64,000 bases of DNA from Phyllobates terribilis (GCF_046119375.1 NW_027362764.1:428668001-428732000); one strand, 5' to 3'. Positions 1 to 12,930 are shown, counted from the first letter of the stretch. Numbers and translations are program-made. The notes: generated by a model not told the origin, from the letters alone.

Positions 1-1820
1 TGCAATTGATGTGCATCACATCTTACCCAGTGATTGCAAGGGAAGAGGCAATCTATGCTTTTTGACGTCCCAATGATCTGAAAAGAATCAACCAATCACA
101 CTACCAATTGTTATTCCAGCATGGTGCCCCCATTAGGAAAGGAGTTTCAAGGAAGAAGAAGTGGACTTTACAATATCCAAACATTCCATCTGCAATATGC
201 CCAGTACCACATACAGAACTGCCGGTTCCAAAAGCTCCAGAAATATTTTCAGTCAAGTCAAGTTAGGGAGAAGAGGGCACTTGGTGTCATGAAGCATCTT
301 CCTCTCATGACCCACACATTCTGTCAGCATCCTCAACTGAACCAGTGAACTGAACAAAGTGAACTGAACAATCTTGTTAGAGATTTTGATCTGCCCAAGA
401 GTAGGCTGAGCTCTTAGGTTCCTGACTACAGCAGTGGAATCTCCTAGCGGGCAATGTTCGAATTACTTTACTCCACAACCGTGGCAAAGATCCTGTCCAA
501 TAATTCTTCATGGAGGGCGATTTTGTGGCATGCAGCAACATCAATAGTTTAATGGAAAATCTGAAGATAAGTCATAATCCAGAAGAAAGGAGGCTCTCCA
601 TCGATTCGTCCACAACAAGTCTAAAAGCCATCTTGCTACATAATGGGAATGTGCTACATTCAATTCCAGTTGGTTAAGCAGTCCACATGTAAGAAACCTA
701 TGACAACACGAAACAGCTGTTGAGGTGCCTGAACTATGACCAACATTTGTTGCCCCTATGTTGTGACTTAATGGTGATTGTCCTGTTACTTGGTCTCCAT
801 GGTGGATACACAAAGTACTGCTGCTTTCTGTGTGAGTGGGATAGTCATGCAAGAGAATATCAGTACAATAAAAGAGACTGGCCTCTCCAACATTCACTTC
901 AGCCAGGGAGTACAAATGTCCTGCACTTGTTGACACACATAAGATTTTGTTACCACCATTGCATATCAAGTTGGGCCTAATGAAGAACTTTGTAAAGGCA
1001 ATGGATAACAATGCAAAAGCATTCTGGTATCTCACTGATAAAGTTCCAAGGTTGAGTGAAGCAAAGATAAAAGAAGGAGTCTTTATTGGATCTTAGAATC
1101 ATAAACATCTTCAGAAAAAGGCTGCATGGGTAGCATTTGCACTAGTAGCAACTAATTTGTTTGTGAAACTCAACAGCAGATAACTATGAAGAGTTGGTGG
1201 AAAATCTCCTCAAAACATACAAGGATCTTTGCTATAACATGTCTTTAAAGATTAATTTCTTACATTTGCAACTAGACTTTTTTGCACCAAACTGTGGAGC
1301 AGTGAACGACTAGTACCGTGAGAGATTTCAACAAGATATAGCGGTTATGGAGAAAAGATATCAAGGAAAATGGAATTCATCAATGCTTCCAGATTACTGT
1401 TGGACAATTGTAAGAGATAATCCGATGCAGGAGTACAAGAGACAAGCAAAAACGAGTTGTCACTGAATGAGGACCAAATTTTGTAGCGTAATATCTGTAA
1501 CTGTTTATAATTCACAATAGTGTTTAGACATGTTTTAGTAATTTGAATTGTTGTTAAGTTTCCTCTAAATAGATATCCGAAAATTGGCATTACAAAATAT
1601 TCTGCATCTTTATATTTGCAAACATAATAATGTTTCAAAGTACTGAAACTTTTATGCATTAATTATATGCAGCAGAAAATGGAAAACTCTTTGATATCAT
1701 AGAAACAAAAGCCATATAATAATTTTCATTGTCAGATTTCAATTCAGGAGGTCAAAATCATTAAGAAATGGCTCATTTCATAATAGAACCTGACAACTTT
1801 TGAAAATATGTAGAACAGTG
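1..1820 (+). mobile_element. Chapaev3-like (CMC superfamily) DNA transposon, right portion; left end outside window
   Basis: Degenerate transposase in + frames. Terminus ...TAGAACAGTG at 1820 is followed by TAA, consistent with CAC...GTG ends and a TWA target as recalled for Chapaev3. Confidence 0.65.
340..1466 (+). pseudogene. Chapaev3-like DDE transposase pseudogene
   Basis: Hand translation gives ELNNLVRDFDLPK, RLSIDSSTTSLKAILLHNGN, GGYTKYCCFLCEWDS, ILLPPLHIKLGLMKNFVKAM, MSLKINFLHLQLDFF and ERFQQDIAVMEKRYQGKW. In-frame stops (e.g. TAA 675-677) and frameshifts are present. Confidence 0.8.
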
Positions 1821-3019
1821 TAATTAGAGCATTTGTGACATTTCATTTTTTTCTTATTACTTGATTTATACATTTCATCATGAATCTAAAGTATATGAGA
1901 ATTCAACGTGTACTTTATTGATTTTGTATTTTACTGTATTTGATTCTTTATAGGATTATCACACATTTCTGATTTATTGCATTTCCTGAAGTTTATTGTC
2001 AAGTGCAAAATCACGGGGCTTGAGAGACTGCATGAATGAGAATGTCTGTGTGACTAGAAGTACATCATGTTCTGTAGAGTTGGCAAATGTTTGACTATTG
2101 TTAGAATAACATTCAAATGATGATTTTAATTTGAATATTCTTAAAGACTTAAAAAGGTTTTTGCATAATTTACCTACAGGAGCACATCGTGAGCAGGAAG
2201 CCAGGTGGTTGTGCTCTTCTGCAGATTGACTGGACCAGTGGTGTTGACATACTCTCTCAGTTTTACCCCTGTAGTATTCTAGGAGCTGGCTGAATCAGGA
2301 GTCAACAATGTATTCATGTCATCTTCCATGTAGTGCTTACAAATTCTACTGTAATGAACTTGTAAGCACTGTGCATGTTCAGCCACTACTACTAAACTGC
2401 AAAGGTGTCCGGTAATCTAGTAAAAGAAATGTACACAAATTAAAAACCTTTACTGAGAAATGAGCGTATTTTTAATCATTTACAATTGCAATATTATCTA
2501 TTTAACAAGATAAGACAACCCCTATAAGGCTGAAGTAACAATACTTCTTTGGCCTTGGTGTTTACCATGAACACTTAATATTAATAAAATTAATATAAAA
2601 TATATTAAACTGACCTTTTTCATTTGGTCCTTACCTATATGCAAATTACACTTAAAACCCTTGCGTGCATCATAAAATTAAGTGAGAAAATTTTCAATTG
2701 ATCACAATAAAATAGAACAATTAAGTGACCAGAGTATAATTGTATAATAGTGAACAAAATGGATCCCTACACAATCCAGGAGTGCTGTAGAACCTTATAA
2801 TCTGTAATTCGAATGAGCGCATGATAATGATCAGTGCTAGTCTAACTAGGGGCAATATTTTAGAAACTGCAAATCTTGAGCGCATATAAACAACAAGTTG
2901 TTGACTAAATCATTCAATGCTGGATGTCAAAAATCATCTAACAGACAGCTTAGAGTTAAACAAATTGTGGCTGAATTCAATTTTCAATCCTTAAAAATCA
3001 GTGGCTAGACCTCAAAATA

Positions 3020-3357
3020 GCAGTACATACAAGACGACCCAGGAATTTCACAGAACTGGAAGAATTTTCCAAGGAAGACTGGATGAAAATGGCCACAAAA
3101 AGCATTTCCAAGCTGTGATACTTTCAAAAGGGGGTGCTACCAGGTACCAACCATGCAGGGTGACCAAACTTTTGCATCTACCCATTTTCATTTTTGTAAT
3201 TTTTAAAATGTAAAAAATTCCAATATATATTTTTTTGCCTAAAATACAAAGGAAATGTGTCATCATTAACTTTAACCCTTTTACAGATCATTTCATCTTC
3301 ATCTTGCTTAACTGTTAACAATAACAGTAATTTTGCCCAAACTTTTACATGCCACTG
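3020..3357 (+). mobile_element. Tc1-like 3' end fragment
   Basis: C-terminal motif FQAVILSKGGATRY, inner direct repeat CCAAACTTTTGCAT and right TIR ...CCAAACTTTTACATGCCACTG followed by TA (3358-3359). Confidence 0.7.
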
Positions 3358-3439
3358 TAAGCTAATTGAGGAAGACACATAATGCCTTAGATATATTTAC
3401 TTGGAACATCTGGCAATATGGTAGAGAGTTGCCCCAAGA

Positions 3440-3730
3440 GCAGGGGTCTGGTGCCCGGAATTCCACAACATGAACTGTAAGTGACAAGCTCCTAAGGCTG
3501 TTCCACAGATTAATAGTTCTCATTGTAAAGAAGGTTCATTTCCAATATTGAACCTTTTTTCTCCAGCCAGAGGGAGTGCCCACTTGTCTTTTGAGGGAGT
3601 TTGACATGAAACCCCTTTGATCAGATTTTTGTACTTTAAAGTTAATCATGTCCCCCCTTAGATGTCTCTTTTTAAGACTAAATAATTCTTCCAAGTCTCT
3701 TATCAATTTAGTGGCTCTTTTCAAACTCCA
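3440..3730 (-). mobile_element. CR1-type LINE 3' remnant
   Basis: Minus-strand translation KRATKLIRDLEELFSLKKRHLRGDMI and FFTMRTINLWNSL resemble the CR1 ORF2 C-terminus. Confidence 0.65.
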
Positions 3731-4162
3731 GGAAGAGGTACATGCTGGTGATTTATTTTAGTGTCTTTGGTAACATGTTTTAGGCTTGTAGTTTGCATCT
3801 AAAAAATGGGGATTGTCAGTAATAACACTGGCTCAGTTTGTGACTTGACAAAACTACAACCTATATTCTAGGCACTTTTGAAAAATGTAGTGTGGCACAA
3901 ATAACTGTTTTTTTACTGGAGAATTTCAGTGAAAAATTTATCTAAAATGATTTTTCTCCAAAGTTCTAACAAATCTAATACAAAAATGCTGGTTCAACCA
4001 GTATAGTAAATAAAAAGCATTTTTTAAAACATTGGCCATTGGCTCATGTTTACAAAGGCACCCATTTTATGCTGTACTTTCTTCCAAATTTCATGTGTAA
4101 ATTTTTTTCCATAAAAAATAATGATCCTATATGCTATGCACAACATTTTTAAGTAAGATTTT

Positions 4163-4535
4163 GGCCTCAATTTATAAAGACTAAAGTTTTTCATGCTAGT
4201 CTTGATGAGGGGTTGGGGTGGAGTGTGAGGTACCTGAATAATTAAAAGGAGCACACCTCTCAGTAAGGCAAGGAGCGAAGTGCTATTCGTCTCTGTGTAT
4301 GCCTCGCCACATGTCTTACTTCTCTCAGGAAATGGATTAAGATTTGTAGCGTTAGGTATGCCATTGCTCATCATGAATTTGATGAGTAGGGGTCACCATG
4401 CCCCATACTGCCCCCATCCAAGCTCCAACCACTTTGATGAAACTGGGTAAAAATTGCGTGATGACGCCAAAAATCGCAATATATTTGCGCAGTCTCGCGT
4501 TGTGCAAAAATGTAGCAGTTTGATAAATTGGATCC
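4163..4535. mobile_element. Degenerate MITE (Harbinger-like ends)
   Basis: Imperfect TIR GGCCTCAATTTATAAA ... TTTGATAAATTGGATCC; no ORF. Confidence 0.35.
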
Positions 4536-5649
4536 AAAGTATCTAACTTCTATCAAAATGTGTCAAATCTATCACATATTGTGCCCCACTGTAAGAAATT
4601 TGGATCATCTGCAGATGCCTGGATTATATTATACTGTTTATGAGAAATCATTGTGTAAGAGGGCCATTGTGTGTAATCTCAGCCTAAAGAATATAAAGAG
4701 AAAATTTCAGAAAAATATATCATGTGAAAGCATACATATAAATGCTCAACATCACGTTTATTGTATACCGTCTGTGATAACAACAGTAACATTTATTCCA
4801 GACTAAAGACAGCTATGTTTCAGTAACCAAACATATGTGTTATTGTTATGGATGATACTTTTTTTTATATCATATTAAAGACCCCCTGTAAATTTAGTGG
4901 GTTAAACTCAAAGTCAGGCATGTAACAGATAAAGAACAGCTGATCCCTGCGGTAATATTATTTTAATGCACATTATTGATCTGATCAACCAGTACATCAT
5001 CTCTACATCCCATGTGATATCTGTAGAGTACATTTATCAGATGGCTCTTCACATATCTTACTGTTAATAGAAAGGTCTTGTGAAATATTTGGTTAAGCTT
5101 ATTTTTTAACAGATATATCAGGCTTTCTAGTTAACTAGAAGCAAATTATTTTCCAGTCAGTTTTTTTTTTTTTTTTTTGCTCCATTGTTCCGCAGCAAAG
5201 AATTATTATTATTAACTGTCTGATAATCTACCATTCATTCAAGTGCTTAGATGTATATCCTTTATTCCCAATAGAGAGGCATCCCATCTAAAGTAGAATG
5301 GTGATATAATACATCCTTATGGAGCTTATTTTATCATTCCCACTTAAAACTGGAAATTTGTGAAATACAATAGTCAACAAGAAGCTGACATTTTTCTGGA
5401 TATTCCGTCAGTACAGTTGACAGATGCTTCTGTTAAGCGGGCCATACAATTAGATCAAAGTAGGCCAAAGCAGATGATTTCCCCTGATGGCTGATTTTGG
5501 AGGAAAAAAATGATCAAGAATGTTAGATTTCAAGAACTGTCTTGTAATGGCTTTGCCTCTTTTTTCTCCTTGTCCTCCTTGAAATGCATGCTTGGCTGAA
5601 CCTTGGTATGCATGTTTACAAGGATATCATAAGGAAAAATGAATATATA

Positions 5650-7278
5650 CAGTACAGACCAAAAGTTTGGACACACCTTCTCATTTAAAGATTTTTCTGT
5701 ATTTTCATGACTATGAAAATTGTACATTCACACTGAAGGCATCAAAACTATGAATTAAAACATGCGGAATTATATACTTAACAAAAAAGTGTGAAACAAC
5801 TGAAAATATGTCTTATATTTTAGGTTCTTCAAATTAGCCACCTTTTGCTTTGATGGCTGCTTTGCACACTCTTGGCATTCTCTTGATGAGCTTCAAGAGG
5901 TAGTCACCGGAAATTGTTTTCACTTCACAGGTGTGCCCTGTCAGGTTTAATAAGTGGGATTTATTGCCTTATAAATGGGGTTGGACCATCAGTTGTGTGG
6001 TGCAGAAGTCTGGTGGATGCACAGCTGATAGTCCTACTGAATAGACAGTTAGAATGTGTATTATGGCAGGAAAAAAGCAGCTAAGTAAAGAAAAAGGAGT
6101 GGCCATCATTAATTTAAGAAATGAAGGTCAGTCAGTTCGAAAAATTGGGAAAACTTTGAAAGTGTCCCCAAGTGCAGTTGCAAAAACCATCAAGCGCTAC
6201 AAAGAAACTGGCTCACATGAGGACCTCCCCAGGAAGGAAAGACCAAGAGTCACCTCTGCTTCTGAGGATAAGTTTATCCGAGTCACCAGCCTCAGAAATC
6301 ACAGGTTAACAGCAGCTCAGATTAGAGACCAGGTCAATGCCACACAGAGTTCTAGCAGCAGACTCATCTCTTCAACAACTGTTAAGAGGAGACTTTGTGC
6401 AGCAGGCCTTCATAGTAAAATAGCTGCTAGGAAACCACAGCTAAGGACAGGCAACAAGCAGAAGAGACTTGTTTGGGCTAAAGAACACAAGGAATGGATA
6501 TTAGACCAGTGGAAATCTGTGCTTTGGTCTGATGAGTCCAAATTTGAGATCTTTGGTTTCAACCACTGTGTCTTTGTGCAACGCAGAAAAGGTGAACGGA
6601 TGGACTCTACATGCCTGGTTCCCACCGTGAAGCACGAAGGAGGAGGTGTGATGGTGTGGGGGTGCTTTGCTGGTGACACTGTTGGGGATTTATTCAAAAT
6701 TGAAGGCATACTGATCCAGCATGATTACCACAGCATCTTGCAGTGGCATGATATTCCATCCAGTTTGCGTTTAGTTGGACCATCATTTAATTTTCAACAT
6801 GACAATGACCCCAAACACACCTCCAGGCTGTGTAAGGGCTATTTGACCAAGAAGGAGAGTGATGGGGTGCTACGCCAAATGACCTGGCCTCCACAGTCAC
6901 CAGACCTGAACCCAATCGAGATGGTTTTTGGTAAGCTGGACTGCAGAGTGAAGGCAAAAGGGCCAACAAGTGCTAAGCATCTCTGGGAACTCCTTCAAGA
7001 TTGTTGGAAGACCATTTCCAGTGACTACCTCTTGAAGCTCATCAAGAGAATGCCAAGAGTGTGCAAAGCATTCATCAAAGCAAAAGGTGGCTACTTTTAA
7101 GAACCTAGAATATAAGACATATTTTCAGTTGTTTTACACTTTTTTGTTAAGTATATAATTCAAAATGTATTAATTCACAGTTTTGATGCCTTCAGTGTGA
7201 ATGTACAATTTCCATAGTCATGAAAATACAGAAAAATCTTTAAATAAGAAGGTGTGTCCAAACTTTTGGTCTGTACTG
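5650..7278 (+). mobile_element. Full-length Tc1/mariner element, DD38E (Intruder-type)
   Basis: TA flanks at 5648-5649 and 7279-7280. TIRs of ~265 bp (5650-5914 / 7014-7278) begin CAGTACAGACCAAAAGTTTGGACACACC. Confidence 0.95.
6054..7100 (+). CDS. DD38E Tc1-like transposase (probable start ATG 6063)
   Basis: 348-aa open ORF with HTH N-terminus, WSDESKF and QHDNDPKH...PDLNPIE; 38 residues counted between the second D and E. The TAA at 7098 looks like a mutated GAA. Confidence 0.9.
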   Translation: MCIMAGKKQLSKEKGVAIINLRNEGQSVRKIGKTLKVSPSAVAKTIKRYKETGSHEDLPRKERPRVTSASEDKFIRVTSLRNHRLTAAQIRDQVNATQSSSSRLISSTTVKRRLCAAGLHSKIAARKPQLRTGNKQKRLVWAKEHKEWILDQWKSVLWSDESKFEIFGFNHCVFVQRRKGERMDSTCLVPTVKHEGGGVMVWGCFAGDTVGDLFKIEGILIQHDYHSILQWHDIPSSLRLVGPSFNFQHDNDPKHTSRLCKGYLTKKESDGVLRQMTWPPQSPDLNPIEMVFGKLDCRVKAKGPTSAKHLWELLQDCWKTISSDYLLKLIKRMPRVCKAFIKAKGGYF

Positions 7279-7898
7279 TATATCATAGAGGTAAAGTGTT
7301 CGCAATGACAGCCAGGTCCCTGGGTTTAAGAATAAGTCCACTTGCCAAATAGGTAGACAACAGTGTAATACATAAGAGGTGGGAACCATGTTACACTACA
7401 AATAAAACCTTATTTCTATGGCTAAACTAGACCTCTACTCATCTTCAATTGACTACAAACACCATGCTCTTTGCATTTAGGTTTTCATTCATTGGTGCAT
7501 AGAATTTTAGCAGTAGTTTCCACATAAACCTTTTTATGATATAATTACTGTAATATCAAAATGTAATGTAATCTTTTTCAGTATTTCTAACATTTTAAAT
7601 TCTTACATTATTCTTCTTTGTTTCCATTTACTGAAATGTCCTTGTGATTACAACTATATATATATATATATATACATATGCTATATACTGTAAACATATT
7701 TTGAAATTTTATTTTCAACCAAAGTCACTTTATTACTCTTGAATAGTAAAACTGGAGAGACAACAAAATGCAAATAGGGTCTTAGCTGATAACCAAGCGG
7801 TATAGAATATTATAGGTAAGCTCAACCGATAGGGTTGTGACAATCACAACTACTATAGCAGTATGAAAAGGCTGCTGCAGGACCAAGAATGAGATACG

Positions 7899-8202
7899 AT
7901 GCAATAAATGAGGAATACAGTGGTTCAGAGTCCGCGCTGCCCAAGGTTCAAAGGTACAATCACACACAAAGCTGAAGCATGAATGTAGTTTATTGTGTGA
8001 ACGTGTTTCAAGGTTTTCAAATCTCTTCATCAGGATAAAACCACATTGTTATCATTTTGGTTTGGTCCTGATGAAGAGGTTTGAAAACCTAGAAAAATGT
8101 TGACACAATAAACCCCATTCATGCTTCAGCTTTGTGTGTGATTGTACCTTTGAACCTTGAGAAGCGCGGACTCTGAACCACTGTATTCCTCATTTCTTGC
8201 AT
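7899..8202. repeat. Long imperfect inverted repeat (arms ~137 bp, loop ~30 bp), probably Penelope-derived
   Basis: 7899-8035 is the reverse complement of 8066-8202. Each arm has CTGATGAAGAG(G/A)TTTGAAAACCT(A/T)GAAA. Confidence 0.85.
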
Positions 8203-9049
8203 TTTATTACTATTGAGGAACCATGCTGCTACCAATTTAATGGAGTTGATATGCCCTAACCACATGCACTTAAAAGGTCATTAAGACATCATAGATTGAT
8301 CCCTTTTATTCTGGTCTGAATTTTCGATCAAGATCATCTAACTATCCACAGATAAAGCATATGGTAAAAGGGACCTAGCGGGCAGAATAACTGCATGTGA
8401 GCTACAACTGCCAATTGGGATAATCCTTACAAGCCCTAGCCCATTTTGAACCCAGTAATTCTCTTTATCTTTTCCATTCTTTTCAAGAGCTATAAGTTCT
8501 TTTTGTCAATTTTCATGTTAACAAAAATGTACAAAGGATTATTTTTCTTAGAATAAATTGTAAGCTTATTGATGCCATTTTGGGGAAAATATAATTTGTT
8601 GAACAATTAATTTTAGCTTCATTTTTGTAGAAAAATTCTACCACTCTGTTTGCATTAGCATAGCATGTAAATAATGTTAACATTGGATGATTATAATTAT
8701 GGTGATACCAAATTTATGCAAGTATTACATTTCAGAACTTTTTTCAGTATAAAAACATGTTTTATTGAAAAAAAAAATTCTATTGCCACCTTAAGAGACC
8801 CTTTATGCATTTTTGCGTCATTTTTTACATAATCTATTTACAGAGATGTGATTATGATTGTGGTAGCAAAGTGTTACACTGATAGACAATCTATTAAGCC
8901 ATGTTTCTAGGTTTTCATTTTTTTAGATTTTAATCCATAGCAAGCCTGGGAGTCCGTGATTGGCCTTCTGCTCCCATGGTGTAACCTCAGCACTTATCTT
9001 TTAATTTTTAGATTACTGATGGGCTGACAGAAGGAGCTACCTACCTCTA

Positions 9050-9350
9050 TCCATCTCCTTACATGCCACAACCACTGTTGGCACAGAAGTGTGCCTGCGC
9101 AGGTGCGCGATACCGAAGACACTGTGTGGATGACGTAGAACGTGTCATCCACACAATGCAAGAAGAGAAGAGGTGCCAGATCAAGAACAGTGATGGCCAT
9201 CGGACTTGATCATCCTGTAGGTGAGTATAATAAAAGCAATTTTTTGTTTTATAGAGAGTACATTGGGGACATATAGACAGAATGCTTTGTATGAGGGTGA
9301 GCAGGCTCTGTCCATACTTTATATGGGAAAAACCTGGTGACAGATTCCCT
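9050..9350. mobile_element. Right half of a T2/Kolobok-type MITE
   Basis: Ends AACCTGGTGACAGATTCCCT-TTA, the same terminus as the complete copy at 39426-40150. Confidence 0.55.
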
Positions 9351-9869
9351 TTAGCATGGTTAAAAAGAGGCTTCCACAATTTTGTTGGCTAGATAATTGT
9401 AAATCAGTCCCTACCAGAAGAAGCAGAATAACCACAGGCTACAATATTCTAACTTTTTCAATACTAGACGTTTGACACAAGCCATTAAGAAACATATTTT
9501 ACCCAGTAACTGCCTTTTTAATCTATATATTTTCATAATTTTGATAATTGGAAATGTATAATAAATGAACATGTAAAGATTAAACATCCCTTATTTTTAC
9601 ATACAAGAGTTGCCCAGATGTGTCAGGCCACATCCTGAATGTGGTTAAGGACTTCAATTCTTATGAAGCAAATTCAATACAATATTGCTTCATGCTATCA
9701 AGATGGTTGACTGACAACGGATGACATCTAAAGCACTTGATCGCCACATGTAGGCACATATTACAAAAACATATCACTACTGCTCAACTTGAGCAACTGC
9801 ACATTTTCACATTTCAGGATATGGTGCACGAAGAACAAAGGTTATGATGGACATCAAAATCTAATATAC

Positions 9870-9873
<4 letters not shown>

Positions 9874-9918
<45 letters not shown>
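9874..9918. repeat. (TA)n microsatellite
   Basis: Pure TA run abutting a Tc1 end; a similar run lies at 11142-11183. Confidence 0.95.
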
Positions 9919-9925
<7 letters not shown>

Positions 9926-11138
9926 CAAAAAAATAAAGGGAACACTCAAATAACACATCCTAGATCTGAATGATTGAAATATTCTCATTGAATACTTTTT
10001 CTGTACAAAGTTGAATGTGCTGACAACAAAATCCAAAATCACACAAAAATCATCAATAGAAATCAAATTTATTAACCAATGGAGGCCTGGATTTGGAGTC
10101 ACCCCCAAAATTAAAGTGGAAAAACACACTACAGGCTGATCGAATTTTGATGTAATGTCCTTAAAACAAGTCAAAATGAGGGTCAGTATTGTGTGTGGCC
10201 TCCACGTACCTGTATGACCTCCCTACAATGCCTGGGCATGCTCCTGATGAGGTTGCGGATGGTCTTCTGCGGGATCTCCTACCAGAACTTGACTAAACCA
10301 TCCGTCAACTCCTGGACAGTCTGTGGTGTAAAGTGACATTGGTGGATGAAGCGAGATATGATGTCCCAGATGTGCTCAATCGGATTCCGGTCTGGGGAAC
10401 GGGAGGGGCCAGTCCATAGCTTCAAGGCCTTCATCTTGCAGGAACCTTTCTTTGGAGGGCCACACAGCCCTCCATGTGCTCGCCAGAGGTAGCCTGACTG
10501 CCATTAGGTACCGAGATGAGATCCTCAGACCACTTATGAGACAATTTTCTGGTGCTGTTGGCCCTGGGTTCCTCCAAATGCAGGACAATGCCAGACCTCA
10601 TGTGGCTGGAGCTTGTCAGCAGTTCCTGCAAGATGAAGGCATTGAAGCTATGGACTGGCCCGCCCGTTCCCCAGACCTGAATCCGATTGAGCACATCTGG
10701 GACATCATGTCTCGCTTCATCCACCAATGTCACTTTGCACCACAGACTGTCCAGGAGTTGGCGGATGCTTTAGTCCAGGTCTGAGAGGATATCCCACAGG
10801 AGACCATCCGCCGCCTCATCAGGAGCATGCCCAGGCATTGTAGGGAGGTCATACAGGCACGTGGAGGCCACACACAATACTGAGCCTCATTTTAACTTGT
10901 TTAAAGGACATTACATCAAAGTTGGATCAGCCTGTAGTGTGTTTTTCCACTTTTTTTTGGGGGGTGACTCCAAATCCAGGCCTCCATTGGTTAATAAATT
11001 TGATTTCCATTGATGATTTGTGTGTAACTTTGTTGTCAGCACATTCAACTTTGTACAGAACAAATTATTCAATGAGAATATTTAATTCATTCTGATCTAG
11101 GATGTGTTATTTGAGTGTTCCCTTTATTTTTTTGAGCA

Positions 11139-11141
<3 letters not shown>
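9919..11141. mobile_element. Palindromic non-autonomous Tc1 derivative built from two inverted 3' ends
   Basis: 9919-10445 is the reverse complement of 10622-11141, and both arms include transposase C-terminal coding sequence. Termini are CA(A/C)TGCTCAAAAAAATAAAGGGAACAC, with TA runs on both sides. Confidence 0.9.
10446..10883 (+). pseudogene. DD34E transposase C-terminal fragment
   Basis: MQDNARPH...DWPARSPDLNPIEH (34 residues D to E), an internal TGA at 10782-10784, and the end ARGGHTQY*. Confidence 0.85.
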
Positions 11142-11184
<43 letters not shown>

Positions 11185-12407
11185 GAAATGAAAGAACAGA
11201 TAGTTTTTCAAAGTTTAATATTAGAATTTATGAACAATCTTTTTTGACATGTATTAACTCTCAGAAGCCAAAAACCACATTTAAACGTATGTCTCTTCTG
11301 AGTTGTGGCGTTATCAAATGTATTTTTTCATTTCCAATTCAATTCCCACTTACTGAATAAAGGCTTGTTCCCACTAGCAATCAATCCATATCAGACACAG
11401 ATACAGTAGGTGCTACCTTGAACTATGAAAAAAATCATGCATATATATTAAATTGTAGTGCATTGGATTTACAAGACCTATGAACACCGTCAGCTGGTAA
11501 AAGAATAAAAAATATATATATTTTTGTATTTTGTACATCTAATGCATATGGCATTTTCAAATGTCGCTAAATATGAGAAAAATAGTGAAATATTTATTTT
11601 TTCAGTAATAAAACTATTCTACAATTTTTTATCCAATTTTACCTTGTTAATGCAAACTTCAAACTTCATGTTTTTCACTGCAGCTTACACAGTGAAATGG
11701 AAAGAATCCATAAACATTACCAATTCATTCACATCTCATTTTAATTCTTTTCTTCCAAATACCTATCAATTTTTTTGAATAATATAGCATCCTAGAATGA
11801 ATAAACTCTTGATTCGGATACCATCAAAATGTTGAATTGAAAATGTCTGAAGTGGTACTATCTGGAAGGTAATTGGGAGCCTTTTTGTCTTAAAGGGAAT
11901 GTATCTTCAGAAAAATGTCATTTTTATGTTGAAAATTTTATTTTTAAGAAAAAATCATATTACTCTCTATATTAAAAACAATAAAAAAATAAAAAATCAG
12001 CAGCTTAATAATAGACTGACACTTCCTGGTATGCAGAAATTACATTTTAGAAGTCATCTCATTCTCAAAGAAGAGGAAAATCTATATATAGATAACACAA
12101 AATCGACCATTTGCAAGAGTGATGCTAACTTCCCTCTTTTTGCACAACCACGCATGCCTAGAAAACTCTCTAATAGTTAATGAACATCTACAGCAGGGAT
12201 CCCCAACCTGTAGCTCAGGAGCCACATGTGACTCGCGGGACCATGATGTGTGGCTCGTGGCTGTCTGCCAGCTTGATGCTTTACCACCAAGTCTAGCAAA
12301 CAGCTAGGAAGGGCAGGTCTTCAGATGGTGACTTTTATGAGTAGCCTCATACAGAAGAGCAGATCTGGATGTGCATATACTGGACTTGATGTTGGAGAGA
12401 TAAATTA

Positions 12408-12930
12408 CCGTATTTTTTGGATTATAAGACGCACCTTTTCTCCCTCAAATTTGGGAGGAAAATGTGGGTGTGTCTTATAATCTGAATGTAACTTACCTGG
12501 GGAAGGGTGGCTGCAGTGGAGCGGGGTTACAGGTGGCAGGGTCACTGCTGCAGAAGGCCGGTGATGGCAGGAGTGGGGCAATGCTGCAGGTCCCGTGCTG
12601 TGAGGAAGGGGTGTCCAGGCGGTGCAAGGCTGCAGACCCTGGGTTTTCATAAAATATTGGCGGTCGGCAGAGTCTTCTTCCCATTGATTTCCCTGAGCTG
12701 GGCTTCAGGAAAATGGCCACCAGAAGGGGTGCATGTGCAGATTGAGATCTCAGGAGCTGACATCTTGTCTTCCGAGATCTCATCTCCCGAGATCTCAATA
12801 TGCGTATGTGCTGCCTTCGGTAAGCTACCGTAAAATCGGAATTTAAGAAGCACCACCATTTTATTTAAAAAAAATGTTTCTTACTTTCCTCTCCAAAATT
12901 TGGGGTGTGCCTTATGGTCCAGGGAATATT
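12408..12930. mobile_element. pogo/Tigger-like MITE remnant
   Basis: TA-CCGTATTTTTTGGATTATAAGACGCAC terminus, a second TACCGTAAAATCGG...AAGAAGCAC copy at ~12825 and GTGTCTTATAATC inverse motifs. Confidence 0.5.
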
